A stretch of DNA of 56,319 nt from Thermoanaerobaculia bacterium (GTDB taxonomy: Bacteria; Acidobacteriota; Thermoanaerobaculia; Gp7-AA8), in assembly GCA_035273585.1 (NCBI GenBank), contig DATEOX010000532.1, forward strand, positions 1-56,319, read 5' to 3'. The notes under the pieces are model-generated. The model was not told the origin of the DNA, made no database searches, and saw nothing but the letters and a program-made list of their open reading frames with translations. Below, in pieces: positions 33,701 through 42,321 of the stretch (position 1 is its first letter; each line of letters begins with the position of its first letter). Position numbers and translations under genes: made by a program.

Positions 33701-36455
33701 CGCTGATCTTGTTGTCGCGCACGAGATCGAACAACGCGTGCGGATGAGTGAGGAGCATTCTCGGGCGCTGTTGGCGCACCTGTACGCGGGACTCGACACC
33801 TCATTCAGCGCGATTGATACTGCGCTCGCGTGGGCAGCAAGATTCCGCAAACACTGCGGCACCAATCGTTCTCTGGCCGACGCTGCATGCGACGCGAGCT
33901 CCATCGACCGAGCGGCGGTCGCGGCTCGATCCCATCAGGAGCGCCTTCGCGATTTCGAGGCGGCGATCGGGCGGCTGCGTGAGTTCTTTCCAGAGGAAGT
34001 CTGCACCAGTCTCCAGCAGCAGCCATTAAGCACGGTCGAGGAATGGGCGCGCGTCCGTGCCGATCGCGTTGGCGATCTCGGGGACTGGCTGCACTACTCC
34101 GAGATCGTTGCAGAGTGCGCAGAAAGCGGCCTTCAGCGCTTCCTTGACTCGGCGCGAGCGGCACGTATCTCCGCGGACAATCTCGAGCACGTCCTCCTCA
34201 AGGTTCTTCGCGTCCGTCAGCTCGACGCAATTTACCGAGGGCTTCCGCCGCTTCGCCGGTTCAACGTCGCGGATCACGAGAATCTCATCACGCGCTTCCG
34301 CAAGCTCGACACCGCGCTCATGTCAATTCATCGACGCCGCGTTCAAGCGGCAGTCTCCTCCCGCCGTCCCGACCTCAATCGCGCGGGAGCAGGGCAGAGT
34401 CGATTCTTGCGGCGCGAAATCGCGAAACAACGTCGGCATGCGCCGCTCCGTCGTCTCTTCCAAGAGGCCGGTCGAATCATCCTGGACCTCACGCCGTGCC
34501 TGCTCATGAGTCCTCTCTCTGTGGCGACGTACCTTGCCAAGGATGCGGTGGACTTTGATGTCGCGATCTTCGATGAAGCATCGCAAATGCCGATTGAGGA
34601 TGCGGTCGGCACCATCTTCCGGTCACGTCAGCTCATCGTCGCGGGTGACGCGAAACAGATGCCGCCGTCGCGATTCTTTGAACGGAGCGTCGACGACGGC
34701 GGCGAGGAGGACATCGCAGAGCAGCCGTTAGAAAGTATCTTGGAAGACTGTGAAGCAGCGGGCATGGAGTCACGTCCGCTTCGCTGGCACTACCGCAGTC
34801 GGCATGAAAGTCTGATTGCGTTCAGCAATGCCGAGTTCTACGACAACCGACTCATTACGTTTCCCTCACCCAGCGTCGCGCCCCCACGTGGCCTCGGTGT
34901 CCGATTTGAATATGTCGCTGACGGTGTGTATGACCGCGGCGCATCGCGTACAAACAGGACTGAAGCCCGCCGCGTGGCGCACGTTGTCCAGTTGCATCTT
35001 GAACAGTTCCCCAACCAGTCACTCGGCGTGATTGCGCTCAGCACAGCGCAAGCACAGGCGATCGACGAGGAGATCCAGAATCTCCTCAACAGCCGGCCGG
35101 ATCTGGATGCGAAGCTCCGCACGAGCGAGGGAGACCCGTTCTTCGTCAAGTCGCTTGAGAATGTCCAAGGCGACGAACGCGACGCAATGGTCATCTCCAT
35201 CGGGTACGCGAAAGATGCCAGCGGGAAGCTCGCTCTCCAGTTTGGTCCGGTCAGCACGGATGGAGGCGAGCGACGCCTGAACGTTGCGTTCACGAGAGCG
35301 CGCTGCCAAATGATCGTTGTGTCGTCGATTCGCGGTGGAGAGATCAACGTCGCCGCGGTTCAGAAGCGTGGCCCCAAGGTGCTGCGTCGGTATCTCGAAT
35401 ACGCCGAGGACGGCGTTCTTCCCGATGAGATGACTTCGGCGCTTGCGGAACCCGAATCACCCTTTGAGGAAAGTGTGCGATCCGTCCTGCGCGACGCAGG
35501 CTACGACGTCGATTGTCAGGTCGGTGTGTCGCGCTACCGGATTGATCTCGCTGTGCGACATCCGAGTGAGCCGGGACACTATCTCGTGGGTATCGAATGC
35601 GACGGAGCTGCATATCACTCGTCGCGCGTCGCACGAGATCGGGATCGGCTACGCCAAACCGTTTTGGAACAGCGTCGATGGAAGATCTATCGCATCTGGT
35701 CAACGGACTGGATTCGGAACCGCCGCTCTACCGTCGAGCGCCTTCTGCGTCATCTACAGGAACTGCGCGAGCGCGGTGAGGTCGGCGGACTCGCTGATGC
35801 TCTCCCTGAGCCGGTTGCTCCCGACGAGCCGTCGATTGTGAGTGAGTTCGATGTGCCGGCCGCACCTACGATAACACCGCTCGTTCATCAAGAGCACCCA
35901 CCATACAGTGACGCGATTAGTGTTTACGTCGAGGCGACGCTCCCAAAACGACATCGCGACGCGCTTTATAACGGCGGTGCAGCGGCACTTCGCGATCTGA
36001 TCGTTGCAGTTGTTGCACAGGAAGCGCCCGTCCATGAAGACATTGTCGTTGTCCGCATCGCGCGTGCTCACGGTCTTCAGCGTGCTGGTCACATCGTCGA
36101 GAAGACGATCCTCCGTGCCGTCGCTGCCGCCGTGCGAGCCGGTGCCATCGCACGGCGTGAGAGCTTCTTGTGGCCGACAAACGTTCGGGCGGTAACACCA
36201 CGACGACCCGCGCCTGGCCAGCCCCTCCGTGCAATCGAGCATGTTGCCCCCGAGGAAATCGCGGAGGCGGCGATACTTGTCATTCGCTCTTCGCGCGGCA
36301 TTAACGATGCGGATCTCAAGCGGGAGACGGCGCGCGTGTTTGGGTACCAGCGGACAGGGGAGAAGATCGAGCAGACGGTCGCGCAAGTAATCAATGGACT
36401 CGTGGCGGAGGGCCGTATCGTGATCCGCGGCGGATTCCTCGTTGTCACGAGTTGA
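30792..36455 (+). CDS. Giant DUF4011 / Upf1-DNA2-like SF1 helicase / Vsr(DUF559)-like endonuclease / DUF3320 protein
   Basis: LLDLTASNRLLNFRETK (DUF4011-type N-terminus). Helicase motifs LVQGPPGTGKSQT, IFDEASQM, VAGDAKQMPP, VQGDERD, LNVAFTRAR. Nuclease-like YRIDLAV...GIECDGAAYHSS...IYRIWSTDW. CxxC-N17-CxxC zinc ribbon at about 32660-32750. Confidence 0.9.
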   Translation: MVPSKRKAIHVNDVSDARFEAKYAVWKERLLDLTASNRLLNFRETKVSTVQITFPDPLALFDAIVLRERSLKFPLYRGRTVLDEAEDEIPATEYRVTPGDLEAKKSPPDLERSLYRLTSLARTYREERGINTLYVAIGMLVWRPADGASPQKAPLVLVPVQLARQDRLHPYVLQPFDEDPEVNPTLAYMLRRDFEYALPALPEEITPESLATLFESVSKAVKRRGWAVETSAWLGQFQFRKLAMYRDLEEHAAIASTNERLTAVAIGREYDGTLEGPSEDGLDDISPAEVFTALDADASQTQVIVRARGGEDLLVQGPPGTGKSQTIANLIAQFLLDGKKVLFVSEKMAALNVVHERLRECGLGTFCLELHSDKANKRDTLVRIGRAAACDPVEYPVAERQFQELLHLRKELNAYVRALHQPALGLRTAYDIHGALAALDAVPDVVTDLDFDPATLNEQQEAELLEHVAGISRFADIFDAPTPHLFAGLRADRWSAQLQAEVAIAMRNLSTSAAALRNTGADAAAMLDLAQPQTFEAAHHLQATLDLVASSPSPPRHWLDGVDLDELHEHASTLARDAENHRRIIEQLRDMFDESFLRLDANALLADLSPDLGVPSTHEPTEVRCANCGQLNRIPRLKPGQRATCGSCKEPLTVHHGDRDELLNVFEQRASAIATVLRGLDETIAQVLSVGARLAMSLGEPTPSDFEAARELVLLASSIARVGQAQPTWFDRASLVELRAEVTECERQHQRATLLRQHIEREFTDRIQTLPIAEYHNALTTTFRGRFRWLRPAYWRLLRDLRSTLRTDRALSYTDATGFVQKVSKLLSIEQWFADRRTQHVNTLGALYAGEGTDWKGLDARLTAMQGLHDRFVDALQRPIIRGHLVSGDMTISSTATELQALCEACASRLDDSDVRRFLPTIDAQSFAHVRDSCRTTLLPLERFISAAAIVRGKMRVPATTPLTNAVEALADLVVAHEIEQRVRMSEEHSRALLAHLYAGLDTSFSAIDTALAWAARFRKHCGTNRSLADAACDASSIDRAAVAARSHQERLRDFEAAIGRLREFFPEEVCTSLQQQPLSTVEEWARVRADRVGDLGDWLHYSEIVAECAESGLQRFLDSARAARISADNLEHVLLKVLRVRQLDAIYRGLPPLRRFNVADHENLITRFRKLDTALMSIHRRRVQAAVSSRRPDLNRAGAGQSRFLRREIAKQRRHAPLRRLFQEAGRIILDLTPCLLMSPLSVATYLAKDAVDFDVAIFDEASQMPIEDAVGTIFRSRQLIVAGDAKQMPPSRFFERSVDDGGEEDIAEQPLESILEDCEAAGMESRPLRWHYRSRHESLIAFSNAEFYDNRLITFPSPSVAPPRGLGVRFEYVADGVYDRGASRTNRTEARRVAHVVQLHLEQFPNQSLGVIALSTAQAQAIDEEIQNLLNSRPDLDAKLRTSEGDPFFVKSLENVQGDERDAMVISIGYAKDASGKLALQFGPVSTDGGERRLNVAFTRARCQMIVVSSIRGGEINVAAVQKRGPKVLRRYLEYAEDGVLPDEMTSALAEPESPFEESVRSVLRDAGYDVDCQVGVSRYRIDLAVRHPSEPGHYLVGIECDGAAYHSSRVARDRDRLRQTVLEQRRWKIYRIWSTDWIRNRRSTVERLLRHLQELRERGEVGGLADALPEPVAPDEPSIVSEFDVPAAPTITPLVHQEHPPYSDAISVYVEATLPKRHRDALYNGGAAALRDLIVAVVAQEAPVHEDIVVVRIARAHGLQRAGHIVEKTILRAVAAAVRAGAIARRESFLWPTNVRAVTPRRPAPGQPLRAIEHVAPEEIAEAAILVIRSSRGINDADLKRETARVFGYQRTGEKIEQTVAQVINGLVAEGRIVIRGGFLVVTS

Positions 36456-36585
36456 CGACTCGGAAGCAACCCGCGCACTTACGCTCGCGCGCAGTGACCG
36501 CGAACGCGATGATTAGCGCGAGGAACGCCACGCAAAGAAGAAGACGGTAGGCGCGTCAGCCGACCGCCCTTCTCTCTTTCGATCA

Positions 36586-37302
36586 TCACCCGAAAATAGC
36601 AAGCGCACGATCAATCTCGCGCTGAACCTCGGGATCAGTGCACGCGCTGTCCCATCCGCGGTCATAATACATAACGCTCTCCGTCGTCTTTCCACGCATC
36701 ACAGAGACGCCGATTTTAGAAATGCGATCATTACCTGTGATGCCATAGTCACTGGGGAAGGCAAAATGCTTCATCGAGAAGCTCACGCCATTTCGCTGCG
36801 CCTCGAACCAGCCTTCTCCCTTGCTCGGCTTCTCGTATCCCATTTCGACCGCAAGCTCGGCGCGCGCGGTTGCGTAAGCCTTCATTTCCTTATCAGACAA
36901 GTCCTCGGGCTCATTGGAGCGCATCTGCTCGCCGGCGGCGCGCAAATCGTCCTGGCCGATCTTCCCTGCATTGAAAAGCCGGATTAGCTCTGCGGCGTCA
37001 ACCTCTTTCCTCTCCTCCTTGGTGACGGTGCGAACGCGCGGGAAGGCATCTTCGATTGTTTTTAGATTCTCAATCGTCCTAATGAGTTCAACGCGCTGCC
37101 TCATGTAATTCGTCATGCTGTCTTCGAGCTGTTCCCGCTCCTCGCCGAGTTCTTCGGCTTCGTCTTCTTTGCCATCGTCATACAGTTTGCCGACGCGAGC
37201 GTTTAGTGACTCATACTCCTTCTGCACGGCAATCCCTTGCTTTAGGAGTTTCTCGTACTGTGCTTGTGGAGTCTCTGCTCCATCGCGCGGTTTCTCGCGC
37301 AT
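36586..37302 (-). CDS. Hypothetical protein (acidic coiled-coil N-terminus, globular C-terminus)
   Basis: 238-aa ORF in lower-GC context. Confidence 0.45.
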   Translation of the reverse strand: MREKPRDGAETPQAQYEKLLKQGIAVQKEYESLNARVGKLYDDGKEDEAEELGEEREQLEDSMTNYMRQRVELIRTIENLKTIEDAFPRVRTVTKEERKEVDAAELIRLFNAGKIGQDDLRAAGEQMRSNEPEDLSDKEMKAYATARAELAVEMGYEKPSKGEGWFEAQRNGVSFSMKHFAFPSDYGITGNDRISKIGVSVMRGKTTESVMYYDRGWDSACTDPEVQREIDRALAIFG

Positions 37303-37442
37303 GGTGGTGGGGGGTTAAATGAGTGTATGTGTGACTAGGAGGGAGTGGCGGCGGGGCGAAGCGATATCAATTCACAATACACCTACATGAGTGTTTGCAC
37401 AATGGTACGCGCGCTGTAGTGCAGCGCAGCGTGCGCCGCGCG

Positions 37443-38033
37443 TCACCGTGCAATAAATGCGTCGACAACGCGCACAGAGCGCAGCGGCATTTCCCACATG
37501 ACCGCCTGTATCCACTTCTGGGCGCGTGGAAATGCCACGTCATGCGCGGCGAAGTCGAGATCGAAAATGCGATTCCAGCTCGCGCGGATTTCCTCTGCGC
37601 TGTACACGTGCTGATCGATCGCGCTGAATTCGTCCGGTAGCTCAATCACTTCAATCGTGGATGGGATGTACGTGTTCTGGCCGAAGACGAAATGCCAGAG
37701 GTCGAAATCAGACAGCAGTACATGGTCGCCGGGCATCTCAAACTCAATGCAGATGCCCGGTGTACCGGGTGGGAGATGACCTGGCTCCGTGAGATCAGGT
37801 TTCGGTGCATGGCTGTTTCCGCATTGCGCCCACGCCCACAAGGGATACAAGACGCCGGGCGGCGGCTCCCCTACGCGCCGCCGCATCTCTGTGATTATCC
37901 ATTCGTACGCAGGCCGGAAGATCGACGCGGTATCGCGGTCGGTGGCTTGTGAATGTTCCTCGGAGGCGCGAAGGACACCTGCGCGCTGCGCAACCTTCCA
38001 TGCCTCGAAGTGCTGAATTGTCCAGAGGATCAT
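37443..38033 (-). CDS. DUF3841-like protein
   Basis: Starts MILWTIQHFEAWKVAQRAGVL, which resembles the DUF3841 N-terminus (from memory, unverified). Confidence 0.5.
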   Translation of the reverse strand: MILWTIQHFEAWKVAQRAGVLRASEEHSQATDRDTASIFRPAYEWIITEMRRRVGEPPPGVLYPLWAWAQCGNSHAPKPDLTEPGHLPPGTPGICIEFEMPGDHVLLSDFDLWHFVFGQNTYIPSTIEVIELPDEFSAIDQHVYSAEEIRASWNRIFDLDFAAHDVAFPRAQKWIQAVMWEMPLRSVRVVDAFIAR

Positions 38034-38531
38034 CGCGCGTCGAGAACGGGACGGCAGCGGCGCAGAAATCCCGTCGTGGGAAATCCCCACGAACGGGCGC
38101 ACCGCTCACGAGAGCGATGGCAGTGGTGAATCCCCACTTGACGATGTTTGAAGATCGTCGCAATGCCCTCGTCCGCGGTTGAATGAGGCTGTTCTCGCAC
38201 CCGAGCGACCCTTCACATCTCGGTCTCCTCTCGGAGAGCGCACACGGCGCTCTCGCGCGGCCGACCACGATCCCCTTGAGATAGGCACCCTCCCGATCCG
38301 GGCAGCAACCACGTCACCCCCTTTGATGACGACCGCTGACGCCGGATCGCACGTGCGGACCTCTCCCGGACCTCCGTGTGCCGGTCGCGCGAGGGCGCTC
38401 CAAGCGCACCTGAAAAACGAGAGGAGGAGAACAGTTGCGATCCCGACCAACACGCCGCCATTACCGCCGCCTGCCCCGCTGTCAGCTCACCCGCCACCGC
38501 ACTCGACGCGTGCCGCGAAAGGACGCCCGCC

Positions 38532-38765
38532 ATGCGCCAGCTCGCACGTGACCCGTTCGCACGCACCACGCTCAGGCGCGTAGTCGTGCGCCCGCTCGCA
38601 TCTGGGCAGACCTGCTCGTGGTGCGGCAACGTGCGGGTGTCGCGTCGATCCCACACGTCGTTCCTGTACCGCTACGGCACCGAGCCGGACGCGATACGCC
38701 CCCGGATGCAGTGGCACGACGGAGCGTTCTGCTCGAAATCCTGCCACGACGCCTACCACCACTAA
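38532..38765 (+). CDS. Small Cys/His-rich (zinc-binding?) protein
   Basis: 77 aa with CSWCG...CSKSCHDAYHH, just upstream of parB-like gene. Confidence 0.4.
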   Translation: MRQLARDPFARTTLRRVVVRPLASGQTCSWCGNVRVSRRSHTSFLYRYGTEPDAIRPRMQWHDGAFCSKSCHDAYHH

Positions 38766-38800
38766 CCAACCCACAACCGACAACCGAAAAGGAGATAGTC

Positions 38801-40447
38801 ATGGCCCAACCCGAGGCCGCACGCTGTCAGTCCGTCTCGCTCGCGCAGCTTCGCGAGTCACCCTTCAACCCGCGCAAACACTACGACGAAGGAGGCTTGA
38901 CCGAGCTTGCGGCGAGCATCGCCGACCGCGGCATCTTGCAGCCGCTCCTCGTCCGCCGCATCGAGGACGAGAAGACGCCCTACGAGATCGTTGCCGGGCA
39001 TCGCCGCTCGCGCGCCGCGAAGATGGCAAAGCTCACCACCGTCCCCGTCATCGTTCACGCGTTCACCGATCGCGAAGTCCGGCAAGTGCAGCTCATCGAG
39101 AACGCGCAGCGCGTCGATCTCTCTCCGCTTGAGGAGGCGGATGCGTACGCCGCGCTCCGCGAGCTGGGGCTCTCGACCCGCGACATCGCCGACCAGGTGA
39201 AGAAGAAGCCCTCGCACGTCGCAGCGCGCCTGACTCTTACCTCTCTGCCTGAGAAGGTGAAGAAGGAGCTGGCGGCCGGCGTCATCACAGCGGAGCACGC
39301 GGAGCTGATCGGCCTCATCCCGAACGCCGAGCTGCAAGAGCAGGCGCTCAAACGCATCATCGTGGAGCACCCGCTCGAACCGCACTACTCGTCCAAGGTC
39401 GCGAAAGGGGCCGTCCCGATCGCGAAGGCGCGCCGAATCGTGGAGACGGAGTTTATGACCGTCCTCGAGAACGCGCCCTTCGACACGGCAGACCCAACGC
39501 TCTCGCCCCTCGGCGCGTGCGCCAAGTGCCCGTTCCGCTCCGGCAACGATCGCGACCTGTTCGGCAATGTGCAGGGCAAGAACGTCTGCACGAACCTCGC
39601 GGATTACCGCCTCAAGATCGAGAATCACCTCAAGCGGCTCCGTGAGCAGGGAGCAACCGTCCTGCTCACCCCGCGCGAGGTGAAAGAGGTCTTTCCGTTC
39701 GGCAACCCGCAGGTCGCGGACGGCTACGTGGACTTGGAGGCGAAGTGCGCCGACGATCCGAAGAGCCGCACCTACGACCAGCTCCTCGCCGCGGAGCCGA
39801 AGCGCTCGACGGTGCATGCGTTCGTGAACGGCCGTCTACGCCGCGTCTTCCCGAAGGCGCAGCTTTCGGCCGCGCTCGACGCCTCGGGCCACGAGTTCCT
39901 GCGGCGGAAAGCAGAGCGCCCGGCGAGTAATGACGCCGAGCGTGAAGCACGTCAGCAGCAGAAGCTCGACCGCGCCGTGCGGCAGGCAACCCTCGCGGCG
40001 TTCGCGGCGGCCATCCCGAAGGCGAAGCTCGGCCTCTCGGAGTGGATCGACCTCCTCGCGTCCATCGTCATCGAGGAGAAAGGCTGGCAGCTCGAAGACG
40101 TGCTCCCGCGGCACGGCTTCAGCGGCAAGCGCGACGCCCTCAAAGGCAAGTGCGAGGAGACGGGCAAGAAGCTCGTCGCGAAAATGAACGACGCGCAGAA
40201 GCGGGCGTTTGTCATCGACGCGCTGATGCACACCTGGGCCGGTCCCAATGCCGACGCCGGCAAGCGTGCAGTCTTCGCCAAGGTGATCGCGCAACTCGGT
40301 ATCGACGCCAAGGCGATCGAGAGGAAGGTGCGCGCCGGCATCGCGGCCAAAGCTGCGGGCAAACCCAAAGCGAAGGAAGCGACGGCTGCACACTCGGTGC
40401 GGAAAGTCGTGCGCCCCGCGGCGAAAGTCGTGCGGGCGCGGGCGTAG
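38801..40447 (+). CDS. ParB/Spo0J-like nuclease-fold partition protein with long C-terminal extension
   Basis: SD GGAGA then ATG. FNPRKHYDE, GILQPLLVR, IVAGHRRSRAA, IENAQRVDLSPLEEA. About 350 extra C-terminal residues including a CAKCPF cysteine pair. Confidence 0.85.
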   Translation: MAQPEAARCQSVSLAQLRESPFNPRKHYDEGGLTELAASIADRGILQPLLVRRIEDEKTPYEIVAGHRRSRAAKMAKLTTVPVIVHAFTDREVRQVQLIENAQRVDLSPLEEADAYAALRELGLSTRDIADQVKKKPSHVAARLTLTSLPEKVKKELAAGVITAEHAELIGLIPNAELQEQALKRIIVEHPLEPHYSSKVAKGAVPIAKARRIVETEFMTVLENAPFDTADPTLSPLGACAKCPFRSGNDRDLFGNVQGKNVCTNLADYRLKIENHLKRLREQGATVLLTPREVKEVFPFGNPQVADGYVDLEAKCADDPKSRTYDQLLAAEPKRSTVHAFVNGRLRRVFPKAQLSAALDASGHEFLRRKAERPASNDAEREARQQQKLDRAVRQATLAAFAAAIPKAKLGLSEWIDLLASIVIEEKGWQLEDVLPRHGFSGKRDALKGKCEETGKKLVAKMNDAQKRAFVIDALMHTWAGPNADAGKRAVFAKVIAQLGIDAKAIERKVRAGIAAKAAGKPKAKEATAAHSVRKVVRPAAKVVRARA

Positions 40448-40463
40448 CCGGAGGGCTGATGCG

Positions 40464-40682
40464 ATGGCACGGTTCTACGGCGAAGTCGAAGGTACGCGCG
40501 GTCGCGCGTCGCGCCTCGGCGCTTCGGGCATGCGATCCCACACCCGCGGCTGGAACGTGGGGGTAGAGGTCGTCTGCACGATTCGCGACGGCGCAGACGT
40601 GATCGAGGTCTACGAGACCGGCGGGAGCCACGCGCCCAGAGCGAAGCGGCTGCTCGCGACGGTCTCGGATCGCAAGGAGTAG
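40464..40682 (+). CDS. Hypothetical small protein
   Basis: 72-aa ORF immediately followed by a strong terminator. Confidence 0.4.
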   Translation: MARFYGEVEGTRGRASRLGASGMRSHTRGWNVGVEVVCTIRDGADVIEVYETGGSHAPRAKRLLATVSDRKE

Positions 40683-40690
40683 TTTCGATT

Positions 40691-40725
40691 AGGGGCGGCC
40701 GGTTTCGGCCGCCCCTCTTGTTTGC
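40691..40725 (+). terminator. Rho-independent terminator
   Basis: AGGGGCGGCCG-GTTT-CGGCCGCCCCT followed by CTTGTTTG. Confidence 0.7.
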
Positions 40726-40791
40726 TGCCAAACGGTGTCCCGGTAGGGAAATGTACGACTTACGCCTCTCCTTCCATGAAGGAAGGCGAAA

Positions 40792-41376
40792 ATGCAGAGA
40801 TCAACTAGCGATGTCGATACCACGAGACAGGTGGGCGGTCGCGGGAGAGACATAACCGTTCACAAGGCATCGGCCCTCATCCTGCTGGGCCTGCTCCTGT
40901 TGATTAGCGCGGCTTGCCGATCGCGCCACACCACAGAGATGGACCACCTCGACGCCGTCACTGCGCAAGCATTCTGTAGTCGCCCGACAGGGGCGACAGC
41001 CGCAACGCTGAAGGATAACGTCGCCGCGTTCCAAGCTGCGCTCAACACTGCACGACCGACGCTTGCGCCGAGCCGACAGGAAGCTTTCGACAGGATTGCG
41101 ACTGAGTTCAACGATGAGCTCACGGTTCTCGCACAGGGCCAGCGGCGCGAGTATCAGAACATTGAGTTATGGCTCTATCCGGCGACGGCTGAAGTTACAC
41201 GCATCTTTGCAAAGTACAACGTTACGCCTCACGATGACGCGTTCGGTGGGCGTAGTTTCGATGACAATTCGCTTGGGTTTATCTGGATTCGTATGGCGAC
41301 GACGGAACTGCCAGCCGCGATCCAGAATGCCGACGCGCGCCATCGAGTTGCGTCATGCTTTCAAGGAGGCCACTGA
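40792..41376 (+). CDS. Putative lipoprotein
   Basis: LLLLISAAC lipobox-like signal. True start may be internal. Confidence 0.45.
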   Translation: MQRSTSDVDTTRQVGGRGRDITVHKASALILLGLLLLISAACRSRHTTEMDHLDAVTAQAFCSRPTGATAATLKDNVAAFQAALNTARPTLAPSRQEAFDRIATEFNDELTVLAQGQRREYQNIELWLYPATAEVTRIFAKYNVTPHDDAFGGRSFDDNSLGFIWIRMATTELPAAIQNADARHRVASCFQGGH

Positions 41377-42258
41377 ATGGTCAGTCTTCCCAAGCGAGCG
41401 ATGATAATTGCGGTTCTGGCTCTCGCGGCAATAAGCGGATGTAAGGCCAAGCGCCAGGAACCAGCAATCATCAAGGACACTCAGGGCGGCAACGCTCCGT
41501 TCATCAGTGGAGTTGGTTTTTCCGATGATGGCTCTTGTTGGGGAGTCGCACGAAAGTCTCTGCTCGTCATGGACACCGGGAAACCGTGTTCAAGCTTGCA
41601 TAGCACAAACCTCCCGTCCTCGACGGGACAGGTGCGAGTCGCGTCTGGGCTCGGCGCGATTGCGTACACAACGGACGACTTCAAGACGGTTGTCTCGCTC
41701 GATACGAAAAATGGTAAAGAGCTATGGCGATCGTCGGTTGATGGCATCGGCGTGAATGGCTTAGCTGTCAGTCAGAAGTACATTGCCTATGCCGTTGGTG
41801 ACGGCGACCTCTTCAGAGATACGATCCGTATTGTCGAGCGAGCGACCGGGCGACTTGTTCTATTGCGCGTCTACCCGCTCGCGCAGTTTCACGTAGCAAT
41901 GGGGTTTGCCGAGACCGATGGGCACACGTGTATAGCAATTGCGCTCGCGAAGGACGTCGAGGTGATTTGCGGGCTGGGAGAAAGGATACAGTCAGCTCGG
42001 CGTTTTAAAGCAACCGAGTCTCTCTTTCCACTCGATAGTATCGCGCTAGGGCGCGACCAGCTAGCCTTCGGATCTCATCATTTCGGCGTTCGTCTAGTCT
42101 GCCCGCGCAACGGTGGCTCGTGTGTGCGCCTTCCAAAGAATGGAGCCATGCATCAGTCGGCGGATATGGCGCTGAGTCCTGATGGTATGTACTTGGCGGA
42201 CGTCACCGAAGGCTCGGGATACGCGGCTCTTTATCGGCTTGCCGCTCAAACGCCGTGA
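41377..42258 (+). CDS. Putative lipoprotein, beta-propeller-like
   Basis: LAAISGC lipobox. Repeated beta-strand-rich segments. Confidence 0.5.
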   Translation: MVSLPKRAMIIAVLALAAISGCKAKRQEPAIIKDTQGGNAPFISGVGFSDDGSCWGVARKSLLVMDTGKPCSSLHSTNLPSSTGQVRVASGLGAIAYTTDDFKTVVSLDTKNGKELWRSSVDGIGVNGLAVSQKYIAYAVGDGDLFRDTIRIVERATGRLVLLRVYPLAQFHVAMGFAETDGHTCIAIALAKDVEVICGLGERIQSARRFKATESLFPLDSIALGRDQLAFGSHHFGVRLVCPRNGGSCVRLPKNGAMHQSADMALSPDGMYLADVTEGSGYAALYRLAAQTP

Positions 42259-42321
42259 TATGCGCACGCGACCAGGAGAATAGGGCGGCGCGCGAAGGCA
42301 GTAATCAAGCGTGACCTATCC

